From Mobula hypostoma (Eukaryota): a stretch of 60,000 nucleotides of DNA. The stretch covers positions 68,636,001 through 68,696,000 of the forward strand of contig NC_086097.1 of the NCBI RefSeq assembly GCF_963921235.1, written 5' to 3'. Of the stretch, positions 50,358-60,000 are shown piece by piece. Made by a program: the position numbers and the translations under genes. The first letter of the stretch is position 1. Each line of letters begins with the position of its first letter. The notes below the pieces were generated by a model that saw only the letters and a program-made list of their open reading frames with translations, ran no database searches and was not told where the DNA came from.

Positions 50358-51789
50358 GCGCGTTGAAATCATTAACTTTGCCTCCAACTTTCACCCTGCC
50401 CTCAAATTTACCTGGTCCATTTCCGACACCTCCCTCCCCTTTTTTGATCTTTCTGTCTCTATCTCTGGAGACAGCTTATCTACTGCTGTCTACTATAAGC
50501 CTATGGACGAACTCTCACAGCTACCTGGACTATTCCTCTTCCCACCCTGTCTCTTGCAAAAATGCCATCCCCTTCTCACAATTCCTCTGTCTCTGCCACA
50601 TCTGCTCTCAGGATGAGGCCTTTCATTCGAGGACGAGGGAGATGTCTTCCTTTTTTAAAGAAAGGGGCTTCCCTTCCTCCACCATCAACTCTGCTCTCAA
50701 ACGCATCTCTCCCATTTCACGCACATCACCCCATCCTCCCGCCACCCCACTAGGGATAGGGTCCCCCTTGTCCTCACCTACCACCCCACCAGCCTCCAGG
50801 TCCAACATATAATTCTCTGTAACTTACGCCACCTCCAACAGGATCCCACCAATAAGCACATCTTTCCCTCCCCCACTTTCTGCTTTCTGTAGGGAACGCT
50901 CCCTACATGACTCCCTTGTCCATTTGTCCCCATCCCTTCCCACCGATCTCCCTCCCGGCACTTATCCTTGTAAGCGGAACAAGTGCTATACATGCCCTTA
51001 CAACTTCCTCCCGCACCATCATTCAGGGCCCCAGACAGTCCTTCCAGGTGAGGCAACACTTCACCTGTGAGTTGGCTGGTGTGATATACTGCGTCCAGTG
51101 CTCCCGGTGCGGCCTTCTATATATTGGCAAGACCCGACACAGGCTGGGAGACCGTTTTGCTGAACATCTACGCTCTGTCCGCCAGAGAAAGCAGGATCTC
51201 CCAGTGGGCACACATTTTAATTCCATGTCCCATTCCCATTCTGATATGTCTATCCATGGCCTCCTCCACTGTCAAGATGAAGCCACACTCAGGTTAGAGG
51301 AACACCACCTTATATTCCATCTGGGTAGCCTCCAACCTGATGGCATGAACATTGACTTCTCTAACTTCCGTTAATGCCCCTCCTCCCCTTCTTACCCCAT
51401 CCCTTATTTATTTATTTATTTAATACCCCCCCCCCCCCGCCTTTCCTCTCTCTCTGTCCCTCTCACAATAACTCCCTGCCTTCTCTCCATCTTCCTCTGG
51501 TGCTCCCGTCCCCCTTTCTTTCTCCCTATGCCTCCCGTCCCATGATCCTCTCCCTTCTTCAGACTTGTATCCCTTTTGCCAATCTACTTTCCATCTCTTA
51601 GCTTTATCCCTCCCCCTCCTGTCTTCTCCTATCATTTCGGATCTCCCCCACCCCCTCCCACTTTCAAATCTCTTACTATCTCTTCTTTCAGTTAGTCCTG
51701 ACGAAGGGTCTCGGCCCAAAACGTCGACTGTGCTTCTTCCTATGGATGCTGTCTGGCCTGCTGCGTTCCACCAGCATTTTGTGTGTGTT
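50358..51789 (+). mobile_element. Penelope-like element, 5'-truncated (RT thumb, GIY-YIG endonuclease, pseudo-LTR)
   Basis: FHPALKFT, YLDYSSSHP and GVIYCVQCSRCGLLYIGKTRHRLGDRFAEH...GMN; pyrimidine-rich 3' UTR; possible TSD GCCTTT. Confidence 0.93.
51693..51730 (+). ncRNA. Minimal hammerhead motif with a core mutation (GAAA to AAAA)
   Basis: TAGTC-CTGACGA-A-GGGT(CTCG)GCCC-AAAA-C-GTC-GACTG. Confidence 0.65.
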
Positions 51790-52549
51790 GCCTTTCCATA
51801 AACTGTTAATCAATGCTCTGTAACCAATTATAATGCGGGTAGATCAAAACAACACAAATCAAGCAAGGTCTCAACTGTTTTTACATTCCCTTTGACAACA
51901 GGGAGAACCCTGCCCATAACTACCCACTGAAAAGCTGAATCCAGATTAGTGCACTCTTTGAAGAGTATGTACTGGAGGCCTGGACTGAAGACTACAAGCA
52001 AGCCAACCAGTATATTTGAATCTTCATCAAGCAGGTGAACCCATCAGAAGGCTTCACATTTATATATTAGCCTCTATGACTTAAACACCATTGACTAACT
52101 AACTCTATAACGTTATCTTCTATTGTTAAGACGCCAAACACCCTTTCACTCCAAAAATGTACAGAACAAAACATAAAATTTCAGGCAAAGTAATTTGAGT
52201 TACTGTTGACATAATGAGTTCATATTCAGTTTCACATTCATTGATTTATTACACACACATTGACACATGCACTGAAATTCATGTCTGTGTTAACAACCAA
52301 CAAAACATAAGGATGTACTCGTGACACCACACATTCCAGCACCAACACAGAATACCTATATTGTTCTGCAGAGCACAAGCCAAGAACAGCAACAAAACAA
52401 CTAGAGCAAAACAAGTCGTTTTCTTTTCACCCACCCACTCACACAGACAAACAGGCCTCCTACCCCAGGACAGTCTGCCTCTGGGTCTTCAGTCTCCTGC
52501 AGGCTCTCAGACATCGGACCACCAACTTCCTTAGTGGACTTGTAGGCAT

Positions 52550-54782
52550 CTTTATTAATGCAAGGAGTATCATGAACAAAACAGATGAGCTTAGAGTGTG
52601 GATCAGTACTTGGAGCTATGATGTTGTGGCCATTATAGAGACTTGGATGGCTCAGGAGCAGGAATGGATATTTAGACTGCCAGGCTTTAGACGTTTCAGA
52701 AAGGACAGCAAGGGAGGCAAAAGACATGGGGGCAAGGCAATGACGATCAGAGATAGTGTCAGAGCTGCAGCAAAGGAGGACATCATGGAGGGATTGTCTA
52801 TTGAGTCTCTGGGTGGAAGTTAGAAGCATAATGAGGTCATTAACTCTACGGGGTATTTTTTTATAGACCACCCAATAGTAATAGGGACATCGAGCAGCAG
52901 ATAGGAAGACAGATACCGGAATGGTGCAAAAATAATAGGGTTTGTCGTGATGGGAGATTTTAATTTCCCCAGTACTGATTGGCATCTCCCTACAGCAAGA
53001 GTTTACATGGCGTGGAGTTTGTTAGGTGTGCTCAGGAAGGTTTCCTGACACAAAATGTAGATAAGCCTACAAGAGGAGAGACTGTACTTGATCTTGTATT
53101 GGGAAATGAACCTGGTCAGGTGTCAGGTCTCAGTGGGACAGCATTTTGAAGATACTGATCACAATTCTATCTCCACAGAATAGGAACAGACAAGTTAGGA
53201 AAGCGTTTAATTGGAGTAAGGGGAAATATGAAGCTATCAGGCAGGAACTTAGAAGCATAACTTGGGAACAGATGTTCTCATGGAAATGTATGGCAGAAAT
53301 GTGGCAAATGTCCAGGGGATATTTGCGTGGCATTCTGCATAAATACGTTCCAATGAGATAGGGAAAGGATGGTAAGGTACAGGAACCATGGTGTACAAAG
53401 GCTGTTGAAAAGCTAGTCAAGAGAAAAGAAAAGCTTACGAAAGGTTCAATAAACTAGGTAATGACAGAGATCTAGAAAATTATAAGGTGAGCAGGAAGGA
53501 ATACAAGAATAAAATTAGGAGAGCCAGAAGGGGCGTTGGCAAGCAGGATTAAGGAAAACCCCAAGGCATTCTACAAGTATGTGAAGAGCAAGAGGATAAG
53601 ACATGAAAGAATAGGACCAATCAAGTGTGACAGTGGAAAAGTATATATGGAATCGGAGGGGGTAGCGGGGGTACTTAATGAACACTTTGCTTCAGTATTC
53701 ACTACGGAAAAGAACCTTGGCAATTGTGAATTGGCTCACCCACAGAAGGCAAAGGGTGGTTGTAGACGGGTCATATTCTGCATGGAGTCGGTGACCAGTG
53801 GTGTGCCTCAGGGATCTGCTCTGGGACCCCTGCTCTGTGATTTTTATAAATGACCTGGATGAGGAAGTGGAGGGATGGGTTAGTAAATTTGCTGATGACA
53901 CAAAGGTTGGGGGTGTTGTGGATAGTGTAGAGAACTGTCAGAGGATACAGCGGGTCACTGATAGGATACAAAACTGGGGTGAGAAGTGGCAGATGAAGTT
54001 CAACCCAGGTAAGTGTGAGATGGCTCATTTTGATAGGTCAAATATGATGGCAGAATATAGTATTAATGGTAAGACTCTTGGCAGAGTAGAGGATCAGAGG
54101 GATCTTGGGGCCTGAGTCCATAAGACACTCAAAGCTGCTGCACAGGTTGACTGTGTAGTTAAGCAGGCATACGGTATATTGGCCTTCATCAACCATGGGA
54201 TTGAGTTCAAGAGCCAAGAGGTACTGTTACAGCTATATAGGACCCTGATCAGACCCCATTTGGAGTACTGTGCTCAGTTCTGGTCATCTTACTACAGGAA
54301 AGATATGGAAACTATAGAAAGGGTGTAGAGGAGATTTACAAGGATGTTGCCTGGATTGGGGACTATGCCTTATGAGAATAGGTTGAGTGAACTTGGCCAC
54401 CTGGCCTTTTCTCCTTGGAGCAACAGAGGATGAGAGATAACCTGATAGAGGTGTATAAGATGATGAAAGGCATTGACCGTGTGGACAGTCAGAGGCTTTT
54501 TCCCAGGGCTGAAATGGCTATAACGAGAGGGTAGTTTTAAGGTGCTTGGAAGTAGGTACAGAGGAGATGTCAGGGGTAAGTGTTCTTACTCAGAGAGTGG
54601 TGAGTGCGTGGAATGGGCTGCCGGCGACAGTGGTGAAGGCCGACACAATAGGGTCTTTTAAGAGACTCTTGGCTAGGTACACGGGGCTTAGAAAAATAGA
54701 GGGCTATGGGTAACCCGAGGTAATTTCTAAAATAAGTACATGTTCAGTACAGCATTGTGGGCCAAAGGGCCTGTACTGTGCT
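52550..54782 (+). mobile_element. CR1 ORF2 from endonuclease to 3' tail, with an internal deletion near 53725
   Basis: YDVVAIIETW, KENPKAFYKYVKSKR and SKFADDTK motifs; jumps from the linker directly to the region upstream of GVPQG; TTTCTATGTTTCT tail. Confidence 0.92.
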
Positions 54783-55559
54783 GCAGGTTTTCTATGTTTC
54801 TGTGCATCAGACCCCTAACTTTCGAACATGCCAACCCTGGGGTACAACCATCAAACCTCAACTTCTGGACGCACCAATTTCAGTCTTTGACCTTTGGGCT
54901 TCGATCTTCTGTATAAACCCCAGGAATCAACAATCATCGAACCCCAAACTCCAAAGTCAAAATTTGGATTTGCATGGAGCTCCAACCCTGAGACTCACCA
55001 ATCTGGGGATTCACTAGCCCTCGTGCTTCCTGCCTGCAACGACCTCCAATCCCATGACCCACCGACTTGAGGGAACTCACCAACCTGGTAGTTCACCAGC
55101 TCTTGTTCGTGGAGCCCACTGACTTTGGTCAATGACCAAGGAGATCTTTGGTCTTTGTCCATAGCACCTGCTAACTCGACATTCGTCTCTATGGGAATCA
55201 CTGACCTTCGACCTCGAAACATTCCAACCTGGACTCCAACCACTGGCTCCTGCCCCTGATTCTTTATTTACTGCCTTTGACCTCGAACTCCCATGTTGCC
55301 ACCAAAACCATCCCTATGAACCTAAAAAACAACCAAGTCTGAGCCACAACCTTCACATTCTATTATCATTCTATTATTAGTTACAAAGATGTTTTCACTG
55401 CACAAAGCTCTTGCTTCTACAGCAATGTAAAAGTACTTCTCTGGATTGCATGTTAATAAGTTATTCATAACACACAAAAGGGCACCAGTCTTCTTCAAAG
55501 AGGTAAACTTATCGCTTGACTGTTAATATGGAGACATCACAGCAGCTGCAAATTACATC

Positions 55560-56926
55560 CAGGTAGGTTCTAGCTGCACTGGTAAAGTTTCCTACACTCA
55601 AGCTAAACAGAAAACTTCAACATTTTGCAGTCAATTTCTCAACTTCAGATGGTCTTCAGACTCTTCTCTTCCCTTTCTAGTCTCAATCTCCATCTCAGGC
55701 CTCCCACATCTGTCTTGATTATGCTTCCTCCATAGCTACCTCTTGTCGGGACCTCTTTCCATTTTCTCACTTCTTCTGTCACATATAGTCCAACAATAAG
55801 ACATCCTGCACAGGTGCTCAAAAATATCTTCCTTCTTCCTTAACTGTGGTTCCACCTCTACCATATTAGACAAATCTCCTGATCACATCTCATCTATTTC
55901 CTGAACCTACAATTTCAACACTTCTCCTCCAGGACAGAGCAAGAATGAAGGTCTCTCGTCTCTACATCTGCAGCCTCAACATTCAATGGATCAGCCTTTT
56001 CAACTTATTTCTGCTCCAAGATTCCACCTTCAGTCACATCTTCCCCTCCTCTTCCCTTTTCATATTTTTAAGGGATTGCTCCCTTCATGATTCCTGGTTC
56101 ATTCTTCCATTCACCTACTACTGTCATATGACACTTTGCCATGCAATTATATGAAGTGCAATACCCATTTTTTCACTTCTTCTCTTTCCACCATTCAGAG
56201 ATCCAAAAGGTCTGTCTAGCTAAGGTAGCGATTCACTTGCACATCTTGCAATCTAGTGTACTGGATTCATTGTTCACAATGAGGCCTCCTCTACACAGAA
56301 GAAAATAAATGCAGGTTGGGTGATAACTTTGCAAAGCACCTGTGATCAGTTCACAGGAATGCCATGAGCTCTCGGTTGTCTGTCACGCTAATTCCCAATC
56401 CCACCCGCATTTCAACCTTTTTCTCTGTGGCTTTCTGTAGTAGTACAATGAAATTTAATTATGCTTGAAGAGCATTACCTCATCTTTTGTTTGAGCCCAC
56501 TGCAGGCCACAAGACTGCATCAAATTCTTCAAACTTAGATAACTTTCTTTTGCTTTTGTATCATGACTAGCATTTTTTCTTTATATAGTCTGGCCTGAAG
56601 GCTGCACAAATGAAAGAAAAAGAGAAAACAGACTCCACAACATTAGCAACACATTTGCTCAGGTCAATGTCCCTTAACAACCAATTATTTTACTCTATTA
56701 GACAAATGCCTTTTTTATCCCATTACACTCTACTAACTTTTCTGCTCCCTAAACTAACTTGTTTCTTTCATTCTCGGATCTGATCACAGGTGCTTTGCAA
56801 AGTTATCACCCAACCTGCATTTGTTTTGGTCCTTGACCAAAATCAATAACATTTTTCTTTCCACAGATGCTGTCTGTCCTGCTTATTTTTTCCCAACATT
56901 TTCTGTTTTTATTTCAGATTTCCAGA
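55560..56926 (+). mobile_element. Old decayed Penelope-like element (GIY-YIG region plus pseudo-LTR)
   Basis: Collinear with 50360-51790 (e.g. TTCACTTGCACATCTTGCAATCTAGTGTACTGG...GGCCTCCTCTACAC); ends CCACAGATGCTG...AGATTTCCAG. Confidence 0.7.
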
Positions 56927-57294
56927 TAAACTATGGATGTTGGAATCACAAGAAACCATAGCTGCTGGAACCTGGAGCAAAAAAAAATGCAAAAGCAATG
57001 CCCAATGTTTCAGGACAAGATGATTCTGCATGTTTCCAATTTCCCTTTGCAATTCCTTACATCTCAACAAACTACTGTGTCCTTTATTTTAGAAGCATCT
57101 ACAAAATCAATTAAGTTAAACTGTTTCTTCATTCACCAATTAGAAAGTGTTAAACAAGGTACTAGAAAATTCCTGAAGTATTATTTTCCCTAATATCTCC
57201 CAACTCCCAATTAATAGCTTTGTGTGTGAAAAATCATATTTCATGAATCTTTTAGGAATTTTGAAGAAATAACTAAATTTTAAATAAAATAAAC

Positions 57295-57562
57295 AAAAAT
57301 GAAATTAAATAGAGATACAGTGCAGAATAGGCCAATCTGGCCCTTTGAGCTGTGCTGCCCAACAACCCCCGATTTAACTCTAACTTAATCACAGGACAAT
57401 TAACAATGACCAATCAATCTACCAAGTAGAATGTCTTTGGACTGTAGGAGGAAACTGGAGCACCTGGAGAAAACCCACGCATTCCATGTCCTTATAGATG
57501 ACGTCGGAATTGAACTCCAAAATCCGACACCACAAGCACTAATAGTGCCACACTACCGTGTC
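57295..57562 (-). mobile_element. tRNA SINE with a CR1-like tail (HE1-like)
   Basis: Minus strand: GACACGGTAGTGTGG...GGAGTTCAATTCCGACGTC...GTGGGTTTTCTCCAGGTGCTCCAGTTTCCTCC. Confidence 0.75.
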
Positions 57563-57809
57563 ACCTAGTTGTTAACCTATCAACTTTTGACCAAACTTTG
57601 GCATTGCTGTTGATGTGCATTAAGGCAGTAAGTCAGCAATCCACTAAATTAACTAAGTGAATAGAAACTTGGCCAATATTGTGCACTGAACAGAAGAGAA
57701 TTGGCATCATTGTCAAGCTGCAGCATAGCTAAACTTGCTTGTCTGTTCAGTACTTGCTAGACCTGACCATCACTACTGCATGAATAGCTCATGGTACTTG
57801 ACCCTGCTT

Positions 57810-60000
57810 AGTGATCACTTCTTACCTCAAGTTGCAGGAGGCAGTTAGTTGGGTGACTGTCAAGAGAAGGAATGGGAGGGAGAATAGGCAGTTAGCGCAG
57901 AGCATCCCTGTGGCCATTCCCCTCAATAATAAGTATACCGTTTTGGATACTGTTGTGGGAGATGACCTCCCAGGGGAATGCCACAGAGATCAGGTTACTG
58001 GCACTGAGCATGGGTCTGTGTTGCAGAAGGGAAAGGGGGGGGAAAGAGAAGAGTGGTATCAGAAGTCAGAGGAATAGACTAGAGATTCTGTGGACATGAA
58101 CGGGACACCCAGATGGTACATTGCCAGGGTCAGGGACATCGCGGATCACGTCCATAGCATTTTGGAGTGGGTGGGAGAGCAGCCAGACGTCTTGGTACAT
58201 ACTGGTACCAGTGACATAGGATGGAAAAGCAAAGAGGTCTTGAATCATTGAGATCTCTTCTGGGGGAGGTATGGCCTGGACAAAAGGGACGGGTTACACC
58301 TGAACCCAAAAGGGACCAACATTCTCGCGAGCAGGTTTGTTAGAGCTGTTGGGGAGGGTTTAAACTAATTTGGCAGGAGGAGGGGAACCAGAGTGAAGGG
58401 ACTCAGGATAGGACAGATGGTAAAAAAGCAAAGACAGCGTGCACTCAGACTGTCAAGAAGCGCAGGCAGATAATAGGATAAAATTGCAGCCAGCAGGGTG
58501 AGTATCAGTGCATTAGGGATGCAGAATCAAAAAGGGTCACAACTACAGTATTCAAAGTATTATATCTCAATGCACGGAGTATAAGAGATAAGGTGGATGA
58601 TCTTGTTGCACTTGATTGTTGGGTATGATGTTATGGCCATCACCGGATCATAGCTGAAGGATGGTTGTAGTTGGGAGCCGAATATCCAAGGTTACACATT
58701 GTATCGGAGGGATAGGGAAGCAGGCAGAGGGGGTGGCGTGGTTCTGATGGTAAATAATGGCATCAAATCATTAGAAAGATTTGACATAGGATCGGAAGAT
58801 GTTGAATTCTTGTCGGTTGATTTAAGAAACTGCAAGGGTAAAAGGACCCTGATGGCAGTTATATACAAGCAATACTACATCTGTGGCTGACAAGGTAGGT
58901 AAAAGCAAAAGAGAAGGCATATATCAAAGCAAAAATTAGCAGGAAGATAGAGGATTGGGAAGTTTTTAAAAACCTACAGAAAGCAACTATAAGAATCATT
59001 AGGAGGGAAGAGATGAAATATGAAAGCAAAATAGCAAACAATATCAAGGTGGACAAAAAAAGCTTTTTCAAGTATATAAGAAATAAAAAAGAGATGAGAG
59101 TATAGATACAGGACTGCTAGAAAATGAGACCGGAGAAATAATAACAGGCGGCGAGGAGATGGTAGATGAACTAAATGAGTATTTTGCGTCAGTCTTCATT
59201 GTGGAAGACACTAGCAGTGTGCCAGGTGTTGAAGGGTGTGAGGGAAGAGAAGTGAGTGCAGTTAATATTACAAGTGAGAAAGTGCTCAAAAAGCTGAAAG
59301 ACCAAAAGGTACATAAATCAGCAGATGAACTGCACCACAGGGTTCTGAAAAAGGTAGCAGCAGAGATTGTGAAAGCATTAGTAATGATCTTTCAAGAATC
59401 ATTTGACTCTGGCATGGTTCCGGAGGACCGGAAAATTGCAAATGTCACTCCACTCTTTAAGAAGGGAGTCAGCAAAAAGGAAATTATAGACCAGTTCGCT
59501 TGATCTCAGTGGTTGCGAAGATATTGGTGTCAATTGTTAAGGGTGAGGTTATGGTGTACTTGGTGACACAGGACAAGATAGGACAAAGTTAGCATGGTTT
59601 CCTTAAGGGAAAATCTTGCCTGATGAACCTGTTGGAATTCGTTGAGGAGATTACAAGTAAAATAGATAAAGGGGATGCAGTGGGTGTTGTATATTTGGAT
59701 TTGCAGAAGGCTTTTGACAAGGTGCCACACATGAGGCTGCTTACCAAGTTAAGAGCCTACAGCATTACAAGAAAGTTACTAGCATGGTTAGAGCATTGGT
59801 TGATCAGTAGGAGGCAGCAGGTAGGAATAAAAGGATCCCTTTTTGGTTGGCTTCCAGTGACTAGTGGTGTTCTGCAAGGGTCGGTGTTGGGACCACTTCT
59901 TTTTATGCTGTAGATGATGGACTAGATGGCTTTGTTGCCAAGTTTGCAGATGATACAAAGATTGCTAGAGTGGCAGGTAGTGTTGAGGAAACAGAAAGGC
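57810..60000 (+). mobile_element. CR1 LINE with ORF1 (SGNH-esterase-like) remnant and ORF2 (EN, RT), internally deleted, running off the window
   Basis: VAIPLNNKY, PDVLVHTGTSDI and DGLHLN-like ORF1 motifs; YLNARSIRDK EN start; VYLDLQKAFDKVPH and GVLQGSVLGPLLF; deletion near 58865-58890. Confidence 0.88.

Overview
Eukaryotic, AT-rich, repeat-dominated vertebrate DNA with no host exon I can support, so it reads as a long intron or intergenic region. The repeat mix suggests a cartilaginous fish, probably a ray; this is inference from family resemblance, not a search result. Nearly every ORF with a recognisable product is a decayed transposon fragment: many CR1 LINEs, Rex1/Babar-like LINE 3' ends, one RTE LINE, Penelope-like (GIY-YIG) elements, Tc1, Tigger/pogo and hAT DNA transposons, tRNA SINEs and a probable LTR end. 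The most interesting signals are RNA-structural. (1) Minimal hammerhead ribozyme motifs occur in Penelope pseudo-LTRs, and three independent fold-back mini-elements with TSDs all invert inside that motif. (2) A non-autonomous RTE-like element has a 5' end with HDV-ribozyme pairing order but an unusually enlarged L3 loop. (3) A deleted Tigger keeps an in-frame fusion ORF and a ~230-nt hairpin. (4) An orphan ~62-nt hairpin lies in unique sequence. (5) A perfect 43-bp inverted templated copy sits at the decayed hammerhead site of an old Penelope element. Boundaries of old elements are approximate.
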